Positions 25,501-40,300 are shown, numbered from the stretch's first letter. The stretch: 64,000 bases of DNA from Phoronis australis (GCA_002633005.1 NMRA01000355.1:409560-473559), one strand, 5' to 3'. Numbers and translations: made by a program. Notes: generated from the sequence alone by a model not told the origin.

Positions 25501-28500
25501 CAACCACTTCAGCTTCAATCCAAATGTCTTCTAGTCCAGAGTACTCAAGTCGTTTCGCGATGATAGCCAAAAATGAAATAGCAGTGTGAAAGTCACCCAA
25601 GCGAATCACAAGTTTCTTTTGAAAGATTGGGTTTTGCCACCTGATGCGTTGAGCTTTAGCATATATGGCCTGGTCAAACACTACAACAAGGCTATCAAGC
25701 TTCAGCTCGTCGGCTATAGCAACACTTCTCAATAGAATAGTATACACTGTAGACATATCAGTGGGATTAGCATCAATAACAGGCAAATAGCCAACTTTGG
25801 ACACATCAGGTATGTCAACAGATTTAATTAGTCTGTTGAACCCAGTCCAGCCACCTACTACTTCAGGTTGCTTCGACAGGCAAAATGCAGTGTCTGTCAA
25901 ATTCTGGTGTGCAGTCACTGATGGAATAAAGGTAAGTGCATCACTACGGGGAGGACCACCTTTTTCTCTCCTCGAGTAGTCTTCAATCATCTTTGGGGGA
26001 AGGTGGCAGGTTCTTTTCTTCGACTTCTTTACAAAAACTCCTTGTCTTTTGGATGGAGCTATTTCCTGGTGTTTCTGCTGTAGTTGTAAAATTATTCCGG
26101 TGGTATTATGGGTTGTGCCTGCACCACTCCGGGTTTCTTCTTGAAAATCGTTATTGTCCCAAACTAATGTGGTGTGTATACCATCTAAGAAACCATTTGG
26201 CACCATTGTATTTCTATGAAGCTGAGCCTCTGCTAAAGCAGTGTCAAACTGTAACACAGTCGAATGAGAAACGCAATGGCCCAGTCCATTTAGTCTACCA
26301 ATGAGTGTAGAAGATCCAGTCAAATGTCAACCTGTCATACCTAAAGCTTAGTGTTTTGGCATCGGAGTGTGCCCCGCTGAAGCCACATACATTAGTACCC
26401 TGTCGACATCTTGCCTAGTGCTAACAAACCCGTCTCCCGTCACTAGAACCGATGACCCACGCAAGAAAATTGTACAAGTGCGAAGGAATGTATTCCTTGA
26501 CCGAGTCAGACTGAAAGTCTTTGGCAGCGGGTGGCCTAACTGTAACACCTTCACAATCTTTTACATAATTTCTTAAAATAAGTGCAGATCTGTACAACTC
26601 ACGCCGGATGTCTGGAGATGAGTCCACAACTTTGAGGTCGTGCACACTTTCATCACCACTGCTGCTACCCTCGGATTCATAATAATCGGCAAGTGAATCA
26701 TTAAACGCTAGCACCAGTTCACTTTCATACCTCTTACAAGGTCGTACAAACTGCAGCTGTGGGTACAGTTTCAACAGACTTTTTTTAAGATTTCCTGTCC
26801 AAATACTTCCACGCACGCCAGCTTTCTCAAGCATAACTTCAAATTCTCGCTTAAGTTTGGTAAGGCGGATGACTTCCCCATGTTTCAGAAGCTTCATTTC
26901 AATAAATTCCACACAAAACTGTTTGAAAACTTCACAGAAAAGTGGGTATTATCCACTTGTTTGGTCTTTCACGATCTTTGTCAGGGGTCTCGTTAACTTT
27001 TTGTAGCAGGATCTATGATTTAGCTTCCAAAGCCACAAGGTCTTTATCTTTAAACTTAAAGTGCAGATTCATGTCCCCGGACTGCGCTGCTGCTTGTGAT
27101 GCAAGTCCACCTGAAAGAACGTGAACTATTAACACTAATTTAACATTAAAAGTATTTGCATGCTCCTAACTATGTTAATGTATAGCAGGAACTTTACGAC
27201 AATGCTATTTGAACATCGTCTACACTAATCGAAGTGCAGTTTTATTCGTTGACAACTTGTAGATGTGAAAACAAATAGGTGGCCTTTGCACTAATGACAT
27301 ACCTTGCGGCTCGCATAGCCTACATCATGCGTCACGATATTTACTGGACACCGTTGAGTGATTTACAGTAGATCATTTTTGACACAAAACTCATTCTTAA
27401 AAATATTTTGCAATTTTCAGCGTAATTTGTATTCACATCATCCCGATATGTGGTGTTTTGATCTAAATTTACCAAGTAATCACAGAGATAAGGAATTAGA
27501 ATGTAAGTTCTACTTAAATATTGTGTTGATATGCAAATGTTTCAGATGGGCTGACTAAGCCTTGATCAACCACCAGCCTAACATGTTTGCACACCGTCTG
27601 ATCTGTCGCCTAAAAATGTTCATTTCAACAATTAAACTTTTCCAAAATGGGCACGAGTTTCCCAGATTAAAGAAGCGACCTTCATAATTAATTGCCAAAT
27701 CCAGTTAGCATTTTGAACATGCAATGGTCAATACTTGTAATATAGGGAAATCTAAAACACAAACCTGGTGATAATAGTGAACACACTAGGAGAACACAAA
27801 AATTAAACGTACTTCACAAAATTACATACTGTTATATACTCAAAGCTAGAAAGGTGTTCTTTCCTTCTCTTTCTAGAAATGCTGTCTACAACATATTTTT
27901 CTTGTTGACAAATAATACACTCAGGTGCCAGAATGTATGAACTTCTGGTGGTTGTTTTTTGTAGTTCCGATTTGGAAAGTCTCATGGATTTCCTTGGTTT
28001 TTCAGGGGTGACGTCTGTGACACTTATCTTCTTCATTTTTAGCACAACTGTTGGTTTCCGGAAACTTCGCTGTGCGTTTCTGTGCCTGTTCAATTTTTGT
28101 CCTGTCTGTTATCCTTCTATAGCAAGACATATGATATTTCAATGGAGTAAATCCCCTGTTTTCTTGCATAAATTTCTGACACACTTCCTTTTCTTTGCAG
28201 TCTAAATTGGTCCATTGAGCTGCACATTCTTTGAACTTTCCCCAAGATGCTTTTGTAAACTTATTCAGCTTTTGATCTTCACAATTTATTGTCATTTCAC
28301 AAACGTGAATAATACAGGCATCTCCCTCCATGGGAGCTGCCATATTGAAGTCATTCAACACAACAACACAATCTGGCTCTGTGATTGGTCAAATTGAACG
28401 AGAAGCTCTACCTGGTGGCAAAAATGTGTATAATATTTCTTGCAACAAAAACGCCTTTTTTAAGAAAATGTGCAACTGTAGACGTGGGAACTTTTTGGAA

Positions 28501-28604
28501 TTTGATTTATAGGTATATTATCTAGCCACGTAGAAAAAACCAGGTTGCCCCCCCACCCAAAGTACTCACAAGGATGAACGCTATGAGATCTGGCCCACCG
28601 ATTA
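22581..28604 (-). mobile_element. AcademX-like DNA transposon (DDE transposase plus XPG/PIN nuclease), intron-containing, frameshifted, 3' truncated
   Basis: Colinear minus-strand ORFs 28361-22581. Transposase motifs: LVWDNNDF, VVVFDQAIYAKA, IRLGDFHT, QFIRATREGIW, YDRINYARYLPVY, DQLIEQTINRDSK. XPG-like acidic motifs: IVDGMA, FVVDRY, DHEETDTRM, SPDTDV, FTGCDTVS. LPPNKDCL..HRMRANYQ follows. GT-AG introns at ~27829-27111, ~25423-25193 and ~24635-24263. The C-terminal Cys-rich finger expected after RANYQ is missing. The right boundary (28604) is tentative because no partner TIR was found. Confidence 0.8.
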
Positions 28605-29019
28605 ATTGGCTAATCACGGACTTGTAAACTGGTTTTTAAGCATTTTTATCTTTCGCTGTAATATTTTCAACATGTTTTATTCCATGAGAAATCATTAGTA
28701 AAAGTGACTTCAAGGTATTTTGATTCCAGCACTTGTTAAGTTAACGTTCCTAGAGAAAATAGTTAGACTCACATTTCTTGTGCCCCGTAAAAATTCTGAG
28801 CGTACTATACTTATTGAGGTGGAATGCCGTTAACCAGGACACTAGCGCCTCTAGTGCCCTGCGCAGCCATGTACATGTATGTGATGATGTCATCACCAAA
28901 CAGTCTGGTTTTGGAACTATCTGCAATGTCAGTTATACAGAAAAGAAATAATGACTTGAGGTAAATGTACACCTAAAAGCATGCTTATCTTATCAAAGGT
29001 CTTACCTTCTTTATTATTA

Positions 29020-29850
29020 CTATTGTGCCTTACAATACTGTAGCAATTGTCCGACAATTAATCAATAACAACATGGAAAATTATTCACCTCAAATACAAC
29101 GCGTGACCTTGCAGGGGCAGTTTTGGGTTGTAAAGTTGATAACTTGGGAGACGCTTTCCTTAAAAAAATATCCGAAGGAACATACTATCTGTTCTGGAAG
29201 GATGAAGTTTTAAGCGATGTTGTGCTCCTATTTCAAATGTGTGATAAAAATGAAACTATTATTTACGCTCCCCATGTCATAAATAATGTAAATTTTAGTG
29301 AACCTGATACAAGGTGGAGAAAAGTACATAAACTCGCCCTCAATTAATGCAAAAGATGCAAAATTGCGTTGGTTTCAATACCGCTTAATTCACAGAATAT
29401 TGCCAACCAATAATTATTTGCATAAAATGAAAATAAAAACTAATGATTTGTGCTCTTTCTGTGTGGTGAACACAGTGAAACTTTTCTCCATCTGTTTTGG
29501 GAATGTCGTCTTGTTTCCGGTTTCTGTCTCCTGTTTGCTGAGTGGTTAAAACAAACATATGTAAATTTTCATGTGGACAGGATACATGTAGCAGTGTTTT
29601 TTGTTTTTTATTAACCATTGAGTCGGAAAATTATAACATTAATCTGTTGATTATGCTAGCAAAAATACATATTTTAGTTTGTTAAAAAAAATCTTAATTT
29701 CCAATTGTTCATTAACTTTATTAAATTTTATCCTGATGGAAATACGGTACCTGTTGACTTATGATTTAATATTATTCTTTGTAAATGATGTCTACTGTAT
29801 TGTTTTATGTGAAAGGTAATTATCATGCTAGAGCAAAATAAAAATACAAA
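29020..29850 (+). mobile_element. 3' fragment of an L1/Tx1-type LINE (zf-RVT region)
   Basis: DAKLRWFQYRLIHRILPTNNYLHKMKIKTNDLCSFC, then after a frameshift ETFLHLFWECRLV: the CxxC...HxxxxC zinc knuckle downstream of RT. A-rich end near 29836-29856. Confidence 0.75.
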
Positions 29851-29859
29851 AATAACAAC

Positions 29860-30430
29860 ATGGAAGAGCGCGGAAGAATCTGTAAGACATATCACTCAAA
29901 TGTACACCATTTCCCGTCTGACCAGGTGTCGGCCAGTTGCCTTTGCAGAATATTGCACACTAATCGCGTATCAAAAGAGAATTTCTTCAAAAAACTGTTT
30001 TCAGCTTCCAGGTCTGTAAAAAAGTGCGTTTTAATTCTGAAGACCAGTTTTTTATTGTTCCAACCTAGAATCCCAAAGAAAGAATCACCTTAGTAACTCT
30101 GGTATCGTCCCTAATCTTACCGATATACAACCAGCACTGACATCTACTACTCGGGAAAAGTTTTGAATCAGGTTTTAGTTTGACCTCTCATATCGTGCGT
30201 ATTGAGTGTGTTTAATAAAAACGACTTTATCAAATGCTTTGAAGAAATCGTGATGAGGATTTACTTATAAGTCTGGACACCACATTGCAGGTTTTTTGCA
30301 ATGTCGTGGGTAAGATGTACCAATCGTGTTTCACAAGGACTATTAGACCTTAACCATATGTTGGTTGTTAACGATGATATGGTCCATGAGTTAGCTGACA
30401 AACGGTGTGAGGGAGATTGGTCAATAGTTG
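29860..30430 (-). mobile_element. degraded non-LTR RT fragment (CR1/Jockey-like)
   Basis: Minus strand around 30220-30250 reads DFFKAFDKV (RT motif DF.KAFD.V). The rest is heavily decayed. Confidence 0.4.
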
Positions 30431-33400
30431 CCATCAGCAGTTATAATGTGCGGATTTGACTATGTGAGTATTGCCTAGGACGTCGAAACCAGATATAAAT
30501 ACAACCAATTTTGGTACGGAATATGCACATCCGTAAATATATCTACATTAATCTTAAAAGGGTATGTGCTTAGTAAGCCAGCATAGTGTGTATTGTCTTG
30601 TTGATATGTTTTCAGAGTTACCTCACTTTATATTAATGAATTGATTTGCGCAAGCATTGTCCACTATTAGGAATCAACGACTTTTTAAAAACAAACCAGG
30701 GCGGTTTTCTCCTTCCTTGAAGCAAAACGCCCAACAATGTGAAGCATAGTTCCCAAGGACTGACGCTTTACCCAGCGGTCGCAGATTATTAACAAAAATG
30801 TTAAGTTTTTTCAATTTTCAATAGACGCATTGATATATACCCCCTGAAACGATATAACAGGAAGGATCATGTGTACATGAGAGTAATTAGAAAATAGCGT
30901 AGCACCCCTAATTCGTTACAGCTATAGCTAGACGTAACTAAAAATTTCACTGAGTCGCTCAGATTTTTGTTTCCTTTTGGAAAACAGAAAATATCAAGAA
31001 CGTGACGCAAACAGCAGAGTTAGAATGAATGGTTCGTGCGTCAGAAGTAAGTAGTCTGATAACACTTTCATCAACCTATATAAGCTAAGAGGTCGATGTT
31101 TTTAATTCAATTTCTATCTTTGGCGCAGTTAATTTATGTATTCTTCAAGAAGACTCGTCGAAAATGTTATTACACCTTAGGAATTTCCGTTTGGAAGCGA
31201 CTAAGATAGTTTGCAAAATTCCTAAAATCCTTTCGATTCAGATTAGATTGTGTTCAGATTAGATGTGGAGGTGCAAGTGGACTTGACTATAGTTCTTCGG
31301 GAACATTTTTCGCACTAAAACCTTTCGTCTCGACTCTTCAAACTAAAGCCCATACAGCGTCATCTTCGAATACCATTGTTTAGTTCATGTTTATGGCCTA
31401 CTAGCAGGTGTGATAGCGTAACTTTTGAAAATTAAAGTACTTGTGAATTTATTGGGTAGCTAACCCATGTGTGTTTTTGTGTTTGAGTGTGCGCGATAAT
31501 TCTCCAAAATCCACTCGGGCTCTAGATAACGGGGGATAACGATTTCACCATGTAATAATCTATATTTGTTAGGCTGTGAAAAATATTACGTTCAATTTCC
31601 ATCTATGAAAACGACGTTCTTAATCCAGTAAAATTTATCTGTCACCTTCTCTCACTTGTCATCGATTTCCTGTTTAAACGGTGGTAACATGTCGTCGGGA
31701 ATCTTTGACTTAGACATTATGTTTAGTAAATAGTGGTAACCTACTTTAGCAGACGAAATTTTCACGGTGGAAGTTTGGCATGATAAGATGTGTAGTAATC
31801 TAGCGTATTTGCTTAAAATTTATTTGATAGATGGACTTGATTTCTATGTTATCGTTCAGTGTGTAATATAAATAGATCACTCCACTTTGGCGATATTTCT
31901 CCAATATTCACGAGGGCCCTATTTTACGAGAAATAACAACTTTGTCGTGTAATAATATTTATGCATTTTCGCACGGGACGTAATCCTCTATTCCTGTTCG
32001 TCTGAAAAGGAAAGACAGGGCGTTTCATGTGTTTTTGTGGCATCCGCAATTTCCCCATTCGACTAAAAAAGCGTCGTCGGTCGCTTTTTGTGTGTTGCGG
32101 CGTTCATTTCACCTTTGGGTTTTGACATTTATGTAGACCCAGATGTCCCACTTTTTATCCGGATGTTCCGATTTTTAATTAGTTATCCAGCTTTTAGATT
32201 CTCGAATATTGACAACTATTCAGCAGGTGTTCAAAGAACATTGTGTCTTTGTTAGGAATATTGTCCACTTTCTTTAGTAACATTACAATCGTAAAAATCT
32301 GTTCCAATGTTTTTCGTACACGGTAACACACACTGAATGTAACAGGATCACGTGAGTTTCTTCTGAAATGCTATGTAAATTTGTACACTGCAACCAATGT
32401 GATGAGCTTTTCATAGTTCGTGTTAAAGCTACAAAATAAATATTTTCCCATTTATATCTAATCTGCAAATTTTGATTGGTAGTTGGAATAATTTGTTCAT
32501 CAAGGTTTCTGTAAATGTCACTGAGTCCAGGCTTTTTACTGGAAATGCAATTATATCAAAAGACACCAAAATCCTATTAATATTTAAAGATGCATATTTT
32601 TTATGAATGCCCGCCTAAATTCTTCTCGGCAACTGTGAGACATCCATATTCTAAAATCTTTGCCTCGATAGGGTTGCAATGTTTTGAAACATTAAAACTG
32701 TTTCTCTTATAATTCAATTAGTCATTTATGTAACCACCCTTGTCCACTTTCTGTTTATTTTTATTACACCCGAAACTAATTGTCATCATACTTAATTAGT
32801 TGACATATTAAATGAGTAATGTGCTAATTATTACTTGAACGGTTTCCTTGTTGCACTCTTTTTTTGATTTTGGTAACACTCTTCGTTTTCAGAATTAAAA
32901 AAAATTAAACCTGTCAGATATCTAAAAAGATATTCAAACTTGATTAAAAACACGACTGTACTTTTTGTTAGACGGCTTGATGTCCACGCGCTCATATTAA
33001 CTGTAAAATTTCCGATTTTCCGACAAACAAGCTTTAGTATTTCAAATCACCACTTTTATATCAAATACAACTAGACATAGCATCAGCAGTGGATCAAGTG
33101 TTAGATTTGCACATCAGCAAATAATATCTGATGGTACGTTAATTAGCTGACTTCAAACTTACGGGCATTCATTGCTCGATACATATGCGCTCAAATTGGA
33201 GGTGTCATCAACAATTAGATCAAATTTACTCATACAAGTGTTTTTCCATGATGACGTCAACATTGAACATGTTTGTCCGGCGAACTACTACTTTAACATT
33301 GTCTTCCAGACGCTTCGGGGCTTCATGGAGTTTTCGGGGGCACTCGATGTCAATGTTTTATTATGGTGCTTTCGCATCGCAGTAGGCCTTTACTGTTGGG

Positions 33401-36400
33401 ACTAGCGTTAATACCGCTGATTCCAGGCGTTTAAAATTTCTGGACAAGTTTTCTAGCGTTTGCAGTAAGGGTCAAGTGTAGGTTTGGGCCAAGGCTGAGC
33501 AAGTAATTTTCGTCATCCGAAAGTTTGTGTGACGACGTGTTGACAAAAGGGGATATCGCCATGAAGAAGAGCAAATGGAGCAACCGTAGAAATAGTATGA
33601 AAAAATTGTCTCAAAAAATTTTCGGCCGATATGTTCTGATTCTGAATAGGAAATGCTAATGTCCTTTTTCTCGGTTTCACAATTAATTGCAATGTATCCT
33701 CTGCACCAATCGAATCACTTAACGAGGACGGTTTCTGACAGGAAGAATGTCTCCTCATAGATAAGCCAGTCGTAACCAAATCCCTTTAATATTTTTGTAT
33801 TCTGTTGAATGTAGAGCTGTTGACCTTTGACCTCCTGAGGAGTTCTTCATAATCAGACTAAAACCCTCCTTGCTCGTCAATGCAATTTAATCCTATTATA
33901 ACAAGTACTAACAGTGTTTACTCATCCATGAGATGACATTTCACTCCCCAACATCGCTTCAAAATTTGATATTTGAAATCCATAAGTTTCTGGTCATCAA
34001 CCATCGAAACAGTTTGGCAGTATTTCGGTATCTCAAATGCGTTCAGTTACAATAGATTTAATAGAAAAAGCAAAACTTTGTTCGCTTACAGGGTAACAGA
34101 TAATTCGGCCTGAATGCTGTGTTATCACCATAATTTGTACTAACAAGATTTCTTATATAGTAGCTTAAAAAAAGCACCACTCACTCGATTTAGTAAAAAT
34201 CAGAGACCAGAAACAACTATACTCGTTAGCCTAACAGCAAGAACACTTAAAAAATTCATAACACAACGTCATATTTATTTATGTGTGTACGTACGTATGA
34301 ATGTATGTATAAGTAGAGTTTCAGAAACGGTTTTGGCTCCAAATCGGACCTTTGTTTTTTCTAACAGGAACTGGAACTGTCGGGCGTATGCAGTGAAAGT
34401 TAAATTTCCTTCCTCCACTGTAACCACTAACCACTAACTTGGAGGCAACACACGTTTAACCAATTGTATCATTTTCTCCTTGAAATCCAGAACGATTGGA
34501 CATGTTCATGGCATTCTGCTTTCACTGCACTAAAACTCAGAGCGAAGATTCGTCTCAGCTGTCTCCAAAGCGAAATGTTGCACGTTATTGTCAAACGTAC
34601 ATGGTTTGAAACTACTGATATATAATCTTTGTGCATTGGAAATATAGATCACATGCCGCATTGCTGTCATCTTTAGTTTGTTGATATGTCGTTCAAGCTG
34701 ACTCTGCAATAGGCAAATTGACATCTGTTGGGCAATTATTGATTCAAAGAATGTTAACTTGTTGAAAAAATGCAGATTTATCTGATATTGTCCACATTTG
34801 AAAGCTTACGAAGCCTTTCTTTGCTTGAGTTTTGTAAAGGGACGAGTTGACGCATACCTAATATTTACTTTAGTGCGATATTAGTTCTAGCTAACTGAGA
34901 AATTAGCCAATGAGTGAGTGGGCTTGAGGTTGGTTTTCTTTGTTCGATTAAGACGTACATGTATTATGATTACATAGAACGAGAGATGCGATTGAGACCA
35001 TTGCTAAGATACCAGTGCCTATCAACATAGTTACGGGATAGCCTAAGTACTTCAATTTATTCTAAAACAAGGAAAACGCGCCAAAAACGATGCAAAAGCT
35101 ATATTATACAATATTAAGTAATTTGCATGATAACTTTTTAACCAATGAGCATGCTTGAGACGAACAAAAATGGCACTTTTTTCTCATTACATTGCAAATC
35201 ATGATGCTTCAAACCTTTCTTTCCCTTGTTTACATGGTTTTGGGCAGGTTTCCAACAAATACGAAACAATGGCTGAATGACGTGGGCGGACGCTTTCTTT
35301 TGTTTGTGGGCACAGGTCTCAAACTGAGTCGTGCAAAAGACCAGAACCAGTTTTTCTTTTAGTGAGCTCGTGATTATAGTTCGTACTTACCGACATCACA
35401 ACTTGGAGTTTTGTTCATGTTACTCGTGTGGCCATGATGTAACTTAGCAACTCTTAGTGTCAAAAATGCAAAGCAAGGGAAAGTTCACAGGAGTAAACAA
35501 ATGCTTGATCCATTTTTCGTGGGCAGCGTGCCAAATTCACTCTGGTAATCCGGCACTTCAAAACTAAGCAATTGTTGGAGGGTCGGTTTTCTACTTATGA
35601 CACGATGTCTCGAAACTGTGGTGAAACTCTGAAATTTTGGGCACCGATACTCAGGCAGAAATTGAATTTTCTTCATTCTTAATGTTGGGACATGGGCGAT
35701 TTTGTCTTTCAACTTATTTCTCTGATTTTGAACACATTTTGTATCAACATAGTCTGAAAATAGGCTTGGCAGTTAATGGGGTCGCTAAAAATATCTGCCG
35801 GCGGACGCTGCGTTTCCATAGCTTGTAACATCTAGCTGAAAGATGGTTTGTTTACTGGCAAAAGTATATCGAAATGAATTTTGAATGTTAAGGGATTGCT
35901 GGTGAATATTGGAAATGTCTACCCTAATTTGTCTAAAATCTTTGTCCCAGTTTTTTTCAAAATGGACCTTAGTGAAGTTTGTGCAAAATAAGTTTCAGTG
36001 GCACAATCTGGTGTACGTTCCATCGAAGTGGGATATTCTAGATGCCACTTTGTCAGTTCTGTGTACTCTCGCTTGCACAATTGTTCCTTCACATGCACAA
36101 GAGTGGGGTCACCTGCACATGGGTTATATTGCCTGCACATGTGTTGTCTCGCAGCACGAAGAGTTAAGTCGGAGATGTCTTGCAAAAAGTGTTGATTTGG
36201 CAAACTGTCGTAGTAGCAGACATTTTACAAAGCAATCATCGGATGTTCAGTTCACAATCTTGAAACTGAAAATGGCAGGAGAAATGGTGTTCCGGAAATG
36301 AAGCAATTTGTAATAAATCTGAGCACGAGACAGAAGCTGAATTTCATGTTTCGTTGTCCAGTCCTGGCAAGTTTAAGAACTACGTTTATATCACGTTGCG

Positions 36401-36786
36401 ACGTTAGAAACAACGATCTCAGGTCTCTGTTTAAACTCGTTGACAGTCACCAATAAAAAGGCATTTCAAAGTACATACAAATGGCAATGGTCATCAGAAG
36501 AAAAAATTCGAGCTTTTAAACGCTGTACGTGTGTATCAAAGTTAGCTTATATTAGTTACAGGCAACTGTGACCGGTGGCTTCTTATACTCAATTAAGTTA
36601 AAACACCTGTTACGTCCCTGTAAGCCAAAGTCAGTTATATGTTCAGAATGATTCATTGATGGAATTCTCAGTTGGATGTCCAGTGTCAGACTACCTTTAG
36701 ATACAGGACAAGCACCAGGACACTTTACATACTAATTTGCTTAACAAAAATGACACTCCCAAGAGCTCTGAACAAGTCAGTACATT

Positions 36787-37083
36787 CATAGGCAGATTTA
36801 GGGGTGGTGCGCAAGCAAAATGAAAGAGCAACAGCGCGAAGCGTGAGCAAATATCTTTGAGCCCAGAAACTAGGACTGGTATAGGGGAGGGTGGACTCAG
36901 ATCCCAGATTATGTCGGGGCGGAAACGTGCTCCCGTTTTTTTTTTAGTCCACTATAGATTTTGTGAACGGAAGATTCATCCACGGCCCCCGCAATTTTGG
37001 GGCCGCCTGTATGTACAATCGCCCGATTTCCCCGAGGCAACATGTTGCCTTCCCCCCCATATGGTATCCTAGATCCGCTACTG
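36787..37083. mobile_element. hAT-type MITE
   Basis: Inverted ends cataggcagatttagg...cctagatccgctactg; same family as 21524-21707. Confidence 0.65.
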
Positions 37084-37369
37084 ACAGTACCATGTAATTC
37101 ATAAAGTTTAAAAATGACAGTCACAATAGTAACACAATAATAATCACAACACAGCGTAACTGATTAAACAAGAAGCACATGATACTTTGGCAATGAATTG
37201 CTTTTCCTCAATTCCGGACCTGACTCTGTAGTGCTTAGGATGACTTTACATGGGGGTCACATCACAGTCATATTGTCAGGCAATAAAATTCTCTGCAAGT
37301 CATGGACAGCTGAGAACCCACTAACCCATTCGCCTGTTTCCAGAGCTCATTCCCACAAGCTGCTTTAGT

Positions 37370-40300
37370 ATGGAGTGCGCCCCAAGCGAGCTGTGTTGCC
37401 GTAATGGAAAGACACTTGACGACAACAGTTCTGCGACACCTCAGGCTAGTGTGCTTGGATCAACATGTGATGAAAACGTTGAAAAAGGTAATTAAAACGG
37501 GAGAGAAATAACTGAGTTCAGTGTCACTCTGAATACAGCTTACTTTGGTAATATAGTTACTTAACCAAACAAGTTAAAATTCTAAGCATGGAATTAGAAT
37601 TCTCGCGGGGACCCATAGATTTTAGGGTTAGAGGTAGCGACCCCGTTGAGCTTTCATAGGACTAGTCGCGAGAATGTGAATTTCCAGTCGTCCACGCGAC
37701 TGAATTTTGATCGATCGAGTTTAGTTGTCAAATTTTATTGCTTACGAAAAATTGCTTGTGGATTTATTTGCGTTGCTAAGTGTGTGTGTGTGGGTGGGTG
37801 GGTGGGTTTTGGGTGGGCGCGCGCGCGTATATGTACATGTATGCATGTGCATATTATTGCTGTTTCGTATTGTTTCTGTAAAAATTCATTTGTGCAATGT
37901 TTACCTGATGCCCGGTTGCATGAAATAGTCCCAATTTAGGGACTCAACAAAGATCCCTAAATCTACTGTGTATTTTTGAACTTGTGGAAACAGCGATTGC
38001 CCTTTCTTGTATTGTTTTAGTTTCATTATTAAGTTATATTTTCACTTTGATACCAATCGAAAGTCAACTCTACGTGAAATTGTCAATGTAATCGGAAATA
38101 ATTAGGGATCTTTTCATGCAACACCCCAGTTTAAGGACTAAGTCCGTATCTATTTTCAATGAAATCTGGGTTCAGTTTTTATTCATATTATTAGAGAAAG
38201 TCTTTAAACAAAGAGAAGAGGGGATCTTAGTAAAGATCAAGTGTTCCAATGGCGATCTACGTTTTCAGTAAGGGGGGTTTAGGATTCCCGCAAAGGTCGA
38301 ATCCGAGGCGCGTGGCGCCGAGCGGGAGGAGGTTGGAATGGGGGGCTCCTCCCTACCGTGTTAGACAATTTTTTGTTTTTGTTGCCAAATGGTGAAATTT
38401 CCATGCATCCTGGTAACTTTCTGGCACTTAACATGTCTCTGGAGTTTTTCTTAAGATAATTTAAAACCCTTCTCGATTTCGTCACATGAACTTGGGTCAT
38501 AAGTTTCGTGAAACCATATTGAGTTTTGATCGATCGAGTTTAGTTGTCAAATCGAGCCTAATTTTATTGCTTCCGAAAAATTGCTTGTGGATTTCTTTGC
38601 GTTGCTAAGTGTGTGTGTGGGTGTGTGGGTGTGTGCGTATATGTACATCTATGCATGTGCATATTATTACTGTTTCAGTTTTTATTCATATTATTAGAGA
38701 AAGTCTTTAAACAAAGAGAGGCTCTCACTAAAGATGAAGTCTTCCAGTGGCGGATCTACGTTTTCAGTAAGGGGGGTTTAGGATTCCCGCAAAGGTCGAA
38801 TCCGAGGCGCGTGGTGCCGAGCGGGGCGAGGTCGGGAGGGGGGTCCCCGGCCCCCCCTACCGTGTTAGACAATTTTTGTTTTTCTTGCCAAATAGTGAAA
38901 TTTCCATGCATCCTGGTAAGTTTCTGGCACTTAACATGTCTCTTAAGATAATTTAAAACCCTTCTCAATTTCTTCACATGAACTTGGGTCATAAGTTTCG
39001 TGAAACCATATTTGTGTACATCTGGGTATGAGTCACGCCACCAGCAAAAATTGTTGTTGGAACATTTGCTTACACACACCTTTTTTACCATACGAAAAGT
39101 CGTATACGAAAATGTGGGGCGTGTATACAGGGGTTTAGACAACTACCAAATATTCAAGAGCATAAGGAGCACCGACGGGGCATAAAAAACTTGAATATCA
39201 AATGATCGCACAACAGCAGCCTCAAGTTGTTTAAGAACGAAGACCTGTACTGTTAGTCCGGAAATAAACATGTGTTCTGTCTCGTTACGAGAAAAACTGG
39301 CGAACGATGGTGCTCTCAGCTCATAGTCTATTATTAAAAGCGACAGTAAACAATTATGTATCACTTTATTAAGATGAATCACGTTGACAACAATTGAAAA
39401 ACGTCAAATGTATCATAAAACGAACCATCTGAAAACAGTTTCACGAAACCAAAACATTCTGTACACCGTGGTGAAAAGATTTACAGGACCAGTTCGCAGA
39501 GGGACCAGGTGTACACTGAGAGTACACAAAAAGGCTGACCTGGTACGTCACGAGACCAAAAGTACACCTGTGATTATTATCCCTATAAAAATAGTCGATC
39601 CGTCGCGCGACCAAACAGTACTGGCTGAGATAAATAGTTTTTCAAAGCACAAGTTGGTAAAAAACATCACAAGACTAGTTCGCCGAGGGACCAGAAGTAC
39701 ACTGAAACTCAATATCTACACAAATCAAGCTGGCCTGGTCCGTCGCGAGACCTTAAGTGTTCCCTGCAAAAATTTTGAATTGAAAACTTCTATCTAAACA
39801 CTTTTTAATCCCCAGTTGTTGCTCATTCATGTATTTTACAGATCTGGTGGTCAATTGCTGCGAGATGTTGTCTAGGAAAGGTTTTCGCACGGTTCTGTAG
39901 TACTCACTGGAAGAAACAAATATTAAGTACAGATTTAACTGCTCATTACGTGAAATAGATTTTGGACATGAAGAAGATAGAGCCAAGTGGAAATACAAAC
40001 CAGAATCAGTTTATGTGCGCTCGTAGACCCTCGGCTGTACTGGGAAAATTTAGCATGACCACAAATAATTTCTATTTCGTTTTATTGTACACACAAGCAT
40101 AAAAAACCGACATTATATACGAACTGTAGAATTATAATTTATTACCTGGGTGTTTCTCCAGGAACGTTAGTCCTATCCTCCTGTTGTCTAGACTGCCGAG
40201 GAATCTGTATATCGGATCCAATGGTTTGCTCGTCTTAGAATCATTCTACCCAGATATCTTCGATGTTTGTTACCAACGCTTGCACTTCGTCAACTGCTGT

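Noticed and set aside
35480-36400. Cys/His-rich short ORFs, possibly a decayed SWIM-finger transposase
   Set aside because: The motif spacing is not convincing, and no termini or continuous frame were found.
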